A DNA stretch of 64,000 bases, taken from positions 10,350,587 through 10,414,586 of the forward strand of contig CM120648.1 of assembly GCA_051362555.1 (NCBI GenBank). Reading direction: 5' to 3'. The position numbers were made by a program, and so were the translations under genes. Positions 40,977 to 53,980 of this stretch are shown here, one piece after another. The DNA is from Lingula anatina. Lineage: Eukaryota > Animalia > Brachiopoda. The notes beneath the pieces were generated by a model, which was not told the origin of the DNA, did no database searches, and saw nothing but the letters and a program-made list of their open reading frames with translations. Every line of letters begins with the position of its first letter. Positions within the stretch are counted from its first letter, which is position 1.

Positions 40977-42046
40977 ATGAAGGTTCTCATCGCTCTCGTT
41001 GCCCTCGTGGCCGTTGCCTCCGCCGTCTACCCAAGGGTTAGGTCCCACGTGAAGCCAGTTACCACCTACCACAACAAGGTCGTTGTGAACCGCGTAAGTC
41101 CATCTCTTTGCTTCTTATGTATCTATCCACGGTAAAAATGTGAAAACTTAGTCGGTCTTGAAAATTTTGTTGGAAGAAGATTCTTCACCGATACAGTTAT
41201 TTTTTTTTTCATTTTCGAAATTGTGTCTAATTTGAAAATGGGCCTCTCGATTATTTTGAAAAGTTTGTCGCTTATATATTCGTGTCGGATTCATTCATTT
41301 TAAAATATTGATAATTTTTAATGACGAAATTTTCAAGTTTTTGCTGTATTTCTATATTGCAACCACATTCTTTTCAAAGAAATCGTTTGGTAATTTTACA
41401 CGAAAAGAAAATAATAAAGAGCTGTACAAAAGACGAACAGCAAAAGCATAAAATTTGTTCATTTTCATCGGTGTTGTTTTTAAAATACGCCAGTTCAAAA
41501 CTTTGTTCGCTCTTATCGAGGTTTAAGTGAGCACTTATCCAATGGACTAGTCGGAGAATCAAATGATAGGTTTTTAAAGTTTTGTATTATAAATCTTATC
41601 TTAATCTTAAGACTAACCAGAATAGAGGACTAACTAGTCCGAGGGTCAAATATGGCTGACCCACTTGAATACTTCCCCACGAGATATCTAATTATTGTCA
41701 ATTAGCGGCAAGCTTTGGACCGCGGACTAGTTAGCCCACAGTTCTGAATACAGCTTTTCTTTCTCCACCTAAAACGCTAATTTATCTCAATCCGTTTATC
41801 CGCCAGGTTCCAACTGTTGACTACAGAAAGGTCCACGGCTACAGAACCGTCCAGGTCCCAACCGTCGACTACGTCCCAGTCCGCGGCTACAGAACCGTCA
41901 GCAACGTCGTCTCTGTCCCAACCACAAGATACGCCGTCCGCCGCACCGTCGTTGACGGATATGGCTACGGTGCCGGATATGGCTACCGTGCTGGCTATGA
42001 TGCCGGATACAACGGATATGGCTACGACAGTTACGGCAAATATTAA
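40977..42046 (+). CDS. Secreted Val/Pro-repeat + Gly/Tyr-tail protein, copy 10 (118 aa, most divergent core)
   Basis: Exon1 40977-41093 (...VYPRVRSHVKPVTTYHNKVVVNR), exon2 41807-42046 (VPTVDYRKVHGYRTVQVPTVDYVPVRGYRTVSNVVSVPTTRYAVRRTVVDGYGYGAGYGYRAGYDAGYNGYGYDSYGKY*). TATAAAA 40902-40908. AATAAA 42095-42100 with no UTR intron. Confidence 0.92.
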
Positions 42047-42141
42047 GCTGTGATTTGTTGATTGTTTGCTATCTTATGTTGCCTCGCAAATGTCAATAAA
42101 TGCGAAGTGGCTTTTAAAATTGTAAACAAGTTTGTTGTTTT

Positions 42142-42172
<31 letters not shown>

Positions 42173-42458
42173 GTAGTGAAATATTGAAATGGTGGATGAA
42201 ATATTTAACTCCCGTCATGCCGAGTGTTCCATTTTAATAGATGTTGTATTCCATTAGCAAAATGAGGATATAGTTCCGAGTGTTAAATTACAACAGAATA
42301 ACCAAGGCTCAGGGTCATGGCCTCTGGTTTAGGGGGGAAAGATTTAAAAGATTAAAGGCTTTGAAAGATAAATATAATTTGCAATTTCTCCACTGCATGT
42401 AGCACTCCCAGTCAGACTCTGGTGTGTCAAGGGCACACATGTAGACTTGGTGTGATTG

Positions 42459-42489
<31 letters not shown>

Positions 42490-42614
42490 AAGTAGCGAGC
42501 GATTGCGCGGAGGTGTTGTAAATTGGCACACCTAACACATTCAATTCTCCACACCACACCACGGAGGGGGAGTCGCAGCATTGTACCTGTAGTCTTGGAT
42601 CCCAGGAATAAACA

Positions 42615-42858
42615 CAATGGCAGATTTAGATTTCCGGTCCCCTCTTGAAATTAGAATTTTGACTAGCTGAATCATAGTTTTAAACCGTACCAAATGGCAC
42701 CGTTCGCTCTCTAAAATACCAAAAATTTTTGGGGCCCTTCGGCGGCCCCGAACCCCACGCCAAGTGTGTGTGTGTGTGTGTGTGTGTTGTGGGGGAGGGG
42801 GGGGGGGTCCGCTTCGCATCCACGCCCCCCCCTTCAAATAATCCTAGATCCGCCCCTG
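42615..42858. mobile_element. CAGGGGCGGATC-type non-autonomous element, 5-bp TSD
   Basis: Imperfect TIR CAATGGCAGATTTAG / CTAGATCCGCCCCTG. TSD AAACA. Contains a (GT)n tract. Confidence 0.8.
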
Positions 42859-45800
42859 AAACACAGTCCAATTTCATGGCTCACACGTCTCATAACGCAG
42901 GGTATTGGAAGATAGAGTTAATTTATTGATGACACAAGAAGATAAAAAAGTTTACAGTTACACGTAAATGGATATTTAAAGGATGCTATCTCGGTGAAAG
43001 TTTTAACGTCATCTCTTGTGTTTCATACTCATTATGAGCGCTGTGTTTTTATATTCTGTCAGTGGTTCACCTGCCTCATTCGTCAATAATTGAATGTTGG
43101 GGTCTTTTTTCTCATGGCATACTTATATTTGATTTTTTTTTTTTGGGGGGGGGGGATAAAACACCGAAATGCTCATTGCCATAAACTGCCCTTCGCATCC
43201 AGAATAACTAATGCAGTCTTAAAAATTTATTCAGCCCTTTTTGAACTCAAAACTGCTGAAAGTATCATCGATGTACCTTACATATCAAATTAAGTCACAT
43301 TCAATTTTGAAGATGCCTCCAGTCGAGTAACTTCTAGCCTTTAGTTAGACCATCAGATAAACGAAGCAGGTGGCAGGATGCCCAGTAGCAAAGGTACACT
43401 AATTAATCGGCTTTAATCTTACTCGTACATCTAAGTAAATTCAAACTGCGCATGTGTATCACTGGAAGATGCGTTTTGCATCGTTGAACACGGGACCAAA
43501 CACACGCGAGACAGGTGTGACGTGGCTCGAACGCTACGCGATCAGACCGTTGTTTAAAGACTGTCTTAGAGGTCTTTTAAATTGAACTTTCCTCATGTGG
43601 GTTGGGGGGGGGGGGGATTTATTTTCAAATAAAACTATTTTGGTATGACTGCATTACAAGATATGTTAGAACTATAGAAAACCAAAAAGTGTATTTTTAT
43701 GGACGAAATATGAGGACAGTACCAGTAGAAGTAGGCCTACTAGAGTTAAAGAAAGGTTATAATTAAAAAAAAATCAAAATTTCAACCTTGCAAAATTATC
43801 GATTAACACGTTTTATTCATTGGTTGAGATCGCATATTACAGTTACGATGGTAAATATTAAAAACAAGGTATTAAGAAAGCATGAAAAGACTATGCAATT
43901 TTTTTTCGACGGCCTGAGCTCGGCGACGCTCCGAGAGCGTGACGGAGGACGTTCCAGTTGCCGCTTTTGCACACAATACACAGGTATTTACGAAGAGACT
44001 GACTTCGCGTGCGGAGGGATCCTTGTTACATATAGGTGGCTGTCCTACTGAACACCTCAGTTATATATACATACTGGGGCAATATATTCGTACCGAGGCT
44101 AGGCGCATATGCGTCCCTGGTGATGATGATCTATTCTATACGCTGTACTCGCTTATGTACATGTAATTGCATTGTAATGACATGCAAAATGTACCATTAA
44201 TAGCTTTATCTATTAGTGTATGCCACCCACACTCTCTGGCGGGGAATGAGTAGACCGAAACGGGTCGAACAACATGAACTTAGTACATTCATGGACACCT
44301 GTGGTGGAGAAATGTCTTTCTTTTAAGTTAACCAGTGCTTGATACACCACGCGGCTTCAAGGTAAGTCGCGTCGACCTTATGTTACAATGTAAGGCTATC
44401 AGACGCACGTGAATACTTTGAATAAAATGGCTCCACTGGTAGAGTAGAATTAAGTAATAGAATTAATTAACAAAAAAGAGATGTGGGGTTTCCATGGTAT
44501 ATAGGACTTTGTTCTCAATCTTGATTCTCGCGATTCTTCATGTACTCCCGAACAAAAACATATACATTGTACATGTAGCTATAATATGGCCTAGCCTCAC
44601 GTATATGCCCTGTAATATACAAGTAAGTAGTAGACCCCCGCGCTATTAAAAGGGAGCACCGGTTTTCATGTCGAACTTTAAATAGTGTCATATTTATCTC
44701 AGCTTTGACATTATGCTACACTCTGCTAGGTTGGCAAAACAAGGTTCTCTCATAAAACTTGAACGTCTTTAATGCTACACTGATAATGGTAGCCCGTTTC
44801 GCGAAAGGACTTGCAGGGAAGCCCAGTGTTTGTATACTATATACTAAGGCCCCTAATATTCTTGTGTGCGAGATAACACACTGTCACCCCTAGCGTTACA
44901 TGCCAGCACATCTCGAGCGACAGGTGTCCAAGGCATTAAATATAGCGCTAGAGGGTGGCAGTGTATTATCTGACATACATGTAGAAGGTGCATTTCAACG
45001 AAAAACGCCCCTAAAAACGAAAATACTGAATAAAGCGTATATCACCACGGTTACCTAGCATCCTAACATCTCTTCACGTATGAAGGAACTTGCTTGTATC
45101 TGCTTATAACCCACAGAAAAGATCCGGGTTAAGAAGAGACCCGGGTTTGGGTTAAAAATGAAAAAAGGAATTGCAGCAACCTAAATATCCTCAGTTAAAC
45201 TGAATAAATTTCAGCACCATACCTTCTAAATTATCATGGCAAGTTATTTTTAGACGAAGGCACACTGGTTGATTCTCGATTTTGCTTACAGAGGGGAGGG
45301 GTGCAGATTAATATGAGACAGTAGAAGATGACAATTCGACTGTAATCTTTAAAGCAAAGCGATGAGGAGTTGCTTGCATATGTCACTTTGTCTCGATCTG
45401 GATGTTATTCCGGGTTTTGATGTTGGAGGGTCACTTGCCCATTATGAACCCCTGGAGGCGTGAAATAGCTTCTGGATCCATTTGTTTTGGAATACCTATC
45501 CCCCTAGCCTCAATTCAGTATAAGCTATCTGATACGTTTATTTTACAAATCGGTGATTAATAAGTACCTAGGTATGGGTAAGTCAACATTGGGTCTAAAA
45601 TATGATGAATATCTCGTGCGTGGTTTATTGTAATTGGCATTAATAGCCACGTATTCGCCACTGATATGATATTATAATGTGGCCCCCTGCCCCTGATTTC
45701 AGCATCGCACACAAAAATGTCTTCAAGATGAGTGTGATAAGCGAGCCATGAACACTGGTACTGTAGAATCAGGATTTGCTAAAGGAGGCCACAAGGATAA

Positions 45801-47536
45801 AAAATTGTGACTCGCTCCGCTCGTCAAATATAAAGCAGTATTCGAGGATAGTAATTTGAGTTACGTAGGACAAAGGGATTTAAAAAATTGCTTGTTTTTT
45901 TTTTTTTCTTCTTTCCTTTCTACACGTCTGACAGGAGGGGGAATAGGGGAGAATTGGGGTCCTTCTAAACCTAGGGATAGGGGGGTGGCATCCAATCAAT
46001 CTTTTACCCCAAAACGTTCGATCCTGCCACCGCTGTCTGTCCCAGTGAGATGCATGGTAGAGAAAAATAAATATGAAAATGAGATAAATATGGTATTTTT
46101 GGAGTCTAAAGTGCTATTTTTGTCTCGAAAATAAACATCAATATTATGGGTTTATGGGTATTATGGGTCTTTTTTATATATATACTTATATATATATTTT
46201 TTTCAAAATACCTAAACTGCCGTTTGAGATTATTGATAATACCAGCCAACACAATACCAAGTTATTTATGTATTTTTATAAATTGTCTTACATGTCACTC
46301 CCCCCCCCCCCCCCCCCCCCCGTCCTGTTTATGCCGAGCAAAGTCTGCGACCTTCCTATTCAAATTCCGAAAACCGGTATTCGTGCCTACATGATATGAT
46401 ATGAAAGATGGGGAGAGATATGGGTGAATAAATATCTATCCCGATGGTAGGGTCGTTTAGTGGAGATACCTTTATTGTAGGTTGAACGGATGAGAGATAT
46501 TGTTGTGAGGGTTAACATTGTGCGCGCCACTTAACATACAAAGAGGCGTGAGGTGTTCTTCAGTTACGACTCTCTTGAACCCATTTCGATGACCGGCGTA
46601 TTTTCTGTGTCCTTAGTGCAACCAAGAAACTGGCATCGCTGAGGTCGTAGAAAGAAGGCACAGGCAACGCTTTGGTTGCAAAATGAATGCTCAATGATCG
46701 GCCAGTTGTCGGCACGTAATTTTTTTTACTCTCAAACTGGACCGTACTACGGGACACAGAAAAAACGCCGTCCAGTGTAAAGGGGGTTTAGTTAGGTCCG
46801 TGGGCAACCGAACCCATTAAGTGTGGCAGCCATAAGCAAAAAGTAAATGGCAAACGAAACATCTAAATGACATCTTGGCGTTTGACTTTAAATTTTTTGC
46901 CAGGGTTAATGCATGGCAGACTACATTCCTTGTAAAAGATTTTGATGTTTGATAAACGTGGAAATAGGGATTATTAAATGAGAAGAGTGAAATGAAGTGA
47001 TAGTTTCAGCTCCTTTCGTTGCCTTTAACGACCAATTTTTCCTTTAAATTTACATGCTTTTATGATTTGAGCGTGTCACATATATTTTATACATGTATGG
47101 ATAACTAGCTCTGTCTATACATCATGATTACAAAACGTGAAAAGTCAAGGAATGCATGGCTTATCAGTTGGCTTTTGCTTATTAAAAAAAAACAAAAAAA
47201 CAGTAAGTCATAAAGCAAATGTTCAAAGTTAAAGACCGTAAGGTAACTTTTTTTTTCCTTTAACGCGTGGGTATCTTTTTCTTTTGAGCAAAAATTCCAC
47301 GAAAAAAACCCTTTTGGACTATTTCATCAACGGAATACTTTCATTTCACATAGGAATGCATTTAGCAATTGCACTTGTACAGGAATGGAATTAAGTCCGT
47401 AGTCACTAAGAGAAAAGTGAGACGGAAATTAAGGAAATTAATTTCCCGTAATTTACCGTTTTATTTATCCGATTTCACGGTTCATAAAAGGCTGGTGTTA
47501 TTAATGGTCGGACTTCGTGTGAACGCTCATGGCACT

Positions 47537-47537
<1 letters not shown>

Positions 47538-47579
<42 letters not shown>
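47538..47579. repeat. (GT)n microsatellite
   Basis: Direct reading. Confidence 0.95.
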
Positions 47580-47582
<3 letters not shown>

Positions 47583-48668
47583 GTGAGGGAGGGATGTGGG
47601 CGGGGGGGGGGGAGGCGATATCTTGGATATGACAAGGGGAGGTACAAGTAGACCTGTGTAATAGAAAAGCATGACATTGTAAAGCTGGTTGAAAACATTA
47701 CAGTAGTTAAATGATATCACAAAATTATTTTAAATGGCTTTCTTCTGATTTTATAGACTTTCAGTGGAGTTTCTCAATCTGATAGCTTACAAACGAGCAA
47801 TATCGTTGACAATCTCACATATTCATCCATAGGTATATACTTCTTAAAGATTTGATTAGGTTGATTAGGTATGAAGATATGCGTAAAACCAATAAAGATT
47901 CAGGATCTCGTCAATCTTGAAAGTTGAAAAAAAACGGCGATAAACGTTGAAATGCAAGTTTACAATCAATACAATAGTAAACACAATAGCTAACGGATTT
48001 ATTTTTTCGGTCAGATAGATGATTTTCTGCAAAACGAGATAAATTTTCATGATTATAAACACCCCCCCCCCCAAGGATTCTCTCCTTTCTTCCACTTCAC
48101 CATAACTTCCCATTAACTTTCTGTACGTCGCACAAAGCCTCTTATATCATGCTTAGGCATGCTCTATGTATTGTGGAACTTATTTGTATTATATGGATGC
48201 CATTTATCTTATAAAGTTACCACAAAGCTGCTAGAACCGCACTCGAAACAAGCCACGCATTATGTATTGCCATATTAATGAGAGATGGTTACATATAGTG
48301 TATCTATTAATGAGAGCTGCTAAAACCACAACTCGTAAATATATAATATGTATCCCGGGTCAAATATTACTATTGAATACCTGTAGAATTCTAAATACAC
48401 GTGTCCCAATATATAATCAGTGATGTCATTATAATATTGCCGGTTCTTCCTTTGGTATGGGATAATCCAAGGTGGCCAAAAGATGAAATATAACGATGAA
48501 TTTTGTTTGGAGAAATGTGCATTATTGTTTTCTATTTATATTGTTTTCTTTTTAATTTGTAGTATTTTAGAAATAATTTATTGTTTTATAATTTATAGTT
48601 TATTGTCAATTTTCTTTTAAACATTCTTTGTACAACTTCAACCTTAGGGTTGCAATTTTACCTAATAA

Positions 48669-48669
<1 letters not shown>

Positions 48670-48719
<50 letters not shown>
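48670..48719. repeat. (TTA)n microsatellite
   Basis: Direct reading. (TAA)n also at 58556-58610. Confidence 0.95.
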
Positions 48720-49403
48720 GTCATTGTCTTTCAGGTATTGTTAAGATGCAAATGGGTGTCTTCTATACAGCGGCAAAGCAAAAACGAACGGAGAATTCAA
48801 TGTCGCATTGTGCCCAGTGCAGGATATAAAGTTGCGATCTAAAGGATACACGGCTATCATGTGAACTCGGAATTGGATTTAAGTTGAAAAGGGAGTTGAA
48901 GATTGTGCACACGTTACTCGTTAAGGTTTGGCGTATTGGGCAATGCCCAGTTTTGAACGAGCGCACAACATTATCACACTCTCTCACCAACCTCGAGCGG
49001 ATATTAAACAATTCGGAGTCTTGACATTAATTAATACATTGTGGGTGTTAACAGTTCCAGGCTATCTTCATTGAAATGTTTTATTTGGATATCGATTTAT
49101 GACGCAACTAGCGATATATGGAATTCAACCTTTGGGGATATTTAGACGAAAAAGGAGTTTTGCTTATCACATGCTCGTTGTGGACGCGAAAAACGTGATG
49201 TCTGTTGCTCAAGAATTTAGAAATGTTCTAATAATCAAACGAGGCTCTCTAAACAAATAACAAACCAGGCGGTTTGGTACCCCAGGAAGTTTAGAGAAGA
49301 CGGGAATGGGGCAATACATTTTCAGTAAGGAGTGATATAGCATCAGCGGCACAGCTACGCAGCATTATTTGAACTCATACCACAACACCAATCCCCACCA
49401 AAT

Positions 49404-52400
49404 ATGAAGGCTATCGAGAATCTTTGTGCTAACTTCATGCGGGTCAAGCGTCTGGACCACGACTTGCTGACCACACCTCTCTTGCGCTGTCTGTCCACTA
49501 TGGAGCTCTATTTCTTCGGTTTGGGGTGCATGATGGCAGTAGGAGTGTACGTTCTCAACGGCAGTATTGTGAGCTACGACGCGGGTCCCGCCGCTTGTGT
49601 GTCGTTCCTCATTGCGGGAGTGGGTAAGTGTTCCCTCTTTTTTTAGATAATTCCTATTTGCATAAGTAGATTTGGTACAATTCACTTTCATAAAACGAGA
49701 AAAAACATTGTGAAATTTCTAAGCGGGTGGATATGTACTGCTTCACTGTCTATATTTCCTGTCTGCCAGTCTGTTAATTCATCTATTCATCTATCGATCC
49801 GTCCATTTTTTGTCTATCCTTTTATCGATCCATTGATCCATTGATTTTTATCCCTCCGTCTGTCCCTCGTTTCCTTTTCCATCCATCCATCCTTCCATCC
49901 GTCTCTTCAGTTGTCTTTTTATTATTTCATACGCCCATTTTTTCATCTAGTCGCCCATCCGTTCTCTCGCTTTATAAACACACTCGACCCAAAAAGTTCG
50001 AAAAAAAAATTGAATAATTACAAAATAATATGGCCTAAGGTAAATATTTGAATCAAGCATTAGTGGATAATGCACCCACCATTCTTTACTTTTTATATAC
50101 ACTGAATATTTTCCCACTACATTACATACTGTAGTTTCTTAATTATTGAAAAACAATTTCATTTTTCCGAACGTTTCCGAAAGTTTTTGTTGATCAACAT
50201 GTTTTTTTTTCAGCGGCCTCCATGTCTGCCCTGTGCTATGCGGAGTTCGCAGCCCGTATTCCCAAGGCAGGCTCCGCCTACATTTACTGCTATACGACAA
50301 TAGGGGAATTCTGGGCATTCATCGTGGGCTGGAACATCATCCTCGAGTACCTCCTGGGCGTGGCCGTCCTCGCACGTGGCTGGAGCAGCGTCATACGTCA
50401 CTTCATATGGGGCTCGAATGACGTCTGGAAATTCATGTACTCTTCGCCAGACCTTTCCAAGTCCAAGGTGTTCCTGACACATCCGGATTATTTCGCTTTC
50501 GGAGTCATTCTCCTTACGGCCCTCGTTCTGGTCAGTGGCGCCAAACCTTCCATTAGGTTAAGCAGCATGATGACTGCTGTGAATTTAAGCATCATCTTAT
50601 TCACGACGATACTATCGTACTGTTATGGCGATATAAAGAATCTTACGCAGTCTCGTGACGGTCTGCCATACTTGCCTAAAGGTGTAGAGGGAGTACTAAA
50701 CGGCGCCGCCAAGGCATTCTTTGCTTACATAGGATTTGACTGCATTGCTATAGCGGCTGAGGAGGCTAAAAACCCAGCGTACTCGGTTCCTCGGGCAATT
50801 CTGGCAGCCCTAGGGACCATACTGCTCGTCTACTTTGGGACGTCTACTGCCTTGGCTTCACTACTGCCCTATAAACTTATAGACCCGGCGTCTGCGTTCC
50901 CGGCTGCTCTGGCCGTAAATGGACTGCCTTGGGCAAGGTGAGCTTCAACAGAGAAAATTAATTTTAAGTAATTTAGACCGGTGATGATACTTTAAAGGCA
51001 TACAATGTATGGTTTGGAATATGATATGCCCAGCGACTGAGCAGAAAGCATTGAAATTTCCTGAATATTTTAACTTTGCTACGCAAATATTTGGCGATGA
51101 ATTTGTCCCTTTAAAGTAATGATTTCTTTGCTTTTGCTAACGTCAGTGAATATCCTTAGCTTATTTCAAGGCAATTATAATCAAGCTACAAAAGATCGAT
51201 GTTTGAAGCACTTATCAGGAATTTCTAAAAACGCACAAAACGCATTACTTTTTTTGGCGAAAGCAAGATTTCCCTGAAATTTCGGTAGTCAGCATAATAA
51301 GTTGTCCTTGTGATATACTTTTTGGGCATAATCTTTCATTTATTGTCATTTTGATTCATACCATTTTCACCATGTTTTTACTTTCCATTTTGATAGATAC
51401 ATGGTGTTGGTCGGCTCGCTGTTTGGCCTCTCGACCGCCATATCAGGACAGATGTTCTCATTGCCTCGTGTTATCTTCGCCATGGCATGCGATGGCCTAT
51501 TCTTCAAGGTTTTCCGGCGAGTGGGCACGTGGGCGCATATTCCCTCATTGGCGCTACTGGCAAGCATACCGGTTCCCGCCATTTTGGCCTTAGTCATGGA
51601 GACCGAGACGCTTATCCACTTCCTGTCTCTAGGGACGCTGATTGCGTACACTTCCGTTTCCGCCAGTGTTCTCTTATTTCGATATCAGCCTCTCTCTGTT
51701 GCCGACGTTGCCACGCTACAAGATTACGGATTGCTGAGTCCCAAAAGGCCATCTAGTTCTGGTACCCGGAAGCAAAAGACTGCCCGTTTACGAGGGGAGG
51801 ATGAGCACCAGTCTTCGTTGCTTGAGCCAGGACACGAAGCTACAATTCACAAGGACACTAAGCCCGAACACGTGGTAAGTCATTTGGACGGAGCGATCAA
51901 AGACGACGCTGTGTCGGACACGGACACCGCGATGTCCAGTGAAACCGCTTCCACCGTTACCACCGTAGAGTTAAACAGTGTTAAGGACACCAAGGAGGTC
52001 CCGAGGGAAGACGACAAAGAGACATTAAAATGGGATTATGACACTCAGGAACCAGAGACCGACCAAGATGACCCCTGTGAGGTCCCGAGAAAAGCAGACG
52101 TTGCCTCATCGGAGGCAACAACCGAAAAACCACGCCGGAAGCCCAAAAAACCTTTAGACAGTTTAAAACATATTGGAGCTCTTAGGTCCAAATTTACTAA
52201 GATCCCGATACTGAAGTCTTGCAAACCAGGACTGGCGGTGGTTTGCGCTGTCATACTTCATTTGGTGTTCTCCGGAAGCCTAGCAGGGACCCTGCTGTAT
52301 ATGAGGGATGACCAGTGGCGCTATGATTGGATGGCGATCCTGATGATTGCCGTCTCTGTGCTCGGGATCATTTCCTGTCACGTGACCATGGTCGTGCACA

Positions 52401-53779
52401 GGAGGAACGATAAATTCAAGACATTCAAGGTACGATTAATTACCGATTTATTACCGTTTAGCGAGAGACGCTTTATTCCAGAAATTCAAGTTAAGTTTAA
52501 ATACTGTTTAAGAGGAACGATAAATTCAAGACCTTCAAAATAAGATTTTAATTGAAAATTACTCTTTAGCGTTCAGTGAGGAACGATTAATTCAATTATT
52601 TCAAGGTAAGATTAATAACTGCTTGTTGTTTGAAATTTGAAGGCCACGAGGAACTCTCTGTCCTCATGCATGCATGTGGGTGGAAGTCCATTCATCCATC
52701 CACCCATCCATCCATCTATTTATCTATACCAAGAACGTACTCCGTGTAACTCTTTGCCCTTTCACCCTGAATTATAATTCAGGGGAGGATCCAGGATTAT
52801 TTGAAGGGGGGGGGGGAGGGGGCTCTTGGCTCTGGGTTCGGGGCCCGCAAAAATTTTGGTATTTTAGACGGTGAACGATGTCATTTGGTACGGCTTAGAA
52901 CTATAATTAAGCTAGTCAAAATTCTAATTTCAATAGGGGACAATTGGTGTTTTTTTTTTTTTTTTAAGAAATGGAAAGAGGGGTCAAGAACTCCTGGCAC
53001 CTCCCTAAACCGCCACTGTAATTATTTTTTCATTTTTTGCATTAATTCATTCACGTGTTTGTCTATCTATTTGTATTTTAGGTGCCCCTAGTCCCGTTAA
53101 TTCCCAGTTTCAGCATGCTAATCAATGTTGTACTTATGCTGCAACTGTCGTACATAACCTGGCTCAAGATGGCCGTTTGGGTGATACTTGGTGAGTATAA
53201 ACAAATATTGCAAGATCTTGTTGTACTAAAAGAAAAAGGTAAATAAATGATAATAATTTTAAAAAAACATACATAGAATTTTTGCCTAAGCTAAATGACC
53301 GTCACGCGACTCTCTCATGCAAAAGTTTAGCTGTTAAGTTGTTAATCTCCAAAGTACAACCTTGCAGCTGTATTCCTGAAGCATACCAATCAGTGTGATA
53401 AGGGCTTTACATTAACCTAGTCGATACAAACAAATGCAACATATGTAAAACATATGTGAAGGCGCCCCTAGAAATTTGACCAGCATGCATACCCGTTTTT
53501 TCAGGTATCATCATCTACTTTGGCTATGGGATGCAACACAGTGATGAGGCTCAACGACCCGACGTCCCCTTCCCGTATAACCTTTTAGAGACCCACTCAG
53601 GCGTTTCTTACTCCTCCCTGGGACAGACACTGATGTTACAACAACCTCCTAATAAATATCAGTCAGGTCACAGCCACGTGGACAAAGACCAGGGTCTCAC
53701 TGAGTCGGACTCCATTGACGACATATATGACAACATTCAGGGCCCTGAAAAGCCTATTTTACCCCGAGTTGAGAAATAG
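49404..53779 (+). CDS. SLC7 family cationic amino acid transporter-like protein (CAT / SLC7A4 / SLC7A14-like), 786 aa
   Basis: Exons 49404-49623, 50214-50937, 51397-52429, 53082-53190 and 53505-53779 join in frame (2361 nt) through GT-AG introns. CAT motifs present: L.RCLST, AGPA, LCYAEFAARIPKAGSAY, GEFWAFIVGWN, FFAYIGFD, EEAKNP, PRVIFAMACDGL, GTLIAYT, FKVPLVPLIP, IYFGYGMQHS. Long hydrophilic loop in exon 3. Confidence 0.93.
52780..53018. mobile_element. Same family, opposite orientation, in SLC7 intron 3
   Basis: CAGGGGAGGATCCAGG ... AAACCGCCACTG. TSD TAATT at 52775-52779 and 53019-53023. Confidence 0.8.
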
Positions 53780-53980
53780 TTATAACGTCATACAGTTCAA
53801 GGAAACTATTGTACGTCATGGTGTGTGGTAATTATGACGTCAGACAGAGTGCGCGGAGTCTATTTTACGTCTGTATGTGAGATAGCTATGACGTCACACA
53901 GTGTACTCGGAGTCTATTTTACCTCTGTATGTGATATGGTTATGACATCAAACAAATTCCGAGGAGTCTATTTTACCTGT
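53725..53980 (+). repeat. Degenerate ~52-55-bp tandem repeat spanning the SLC7 stop codon
   Basis: TATGACGTCA.ACAG...GAGTCTATTTTAC units at ~53725, 53780, 53832, 53886 and 53940. Confidence 0.7.

Noticed and set aside
44865-44980. Imperfect inverted repeat GATAACACACTGTCACCCCTAGCG / CGCTAGAGGGTGGCAGTGTATTATC as a structured ncRNA
   Set aside because: More simply a MITE remnant. It has no recognisable RNA family features.
48735-49400. Higher-complexity stretch upstream of the SLC7 ATG, following a good splice acceptor at 48734
   Set aside because: No sustained ORF or recognisable motif. It may be 5'UTR exon sequence but cannot be called without transcripts.
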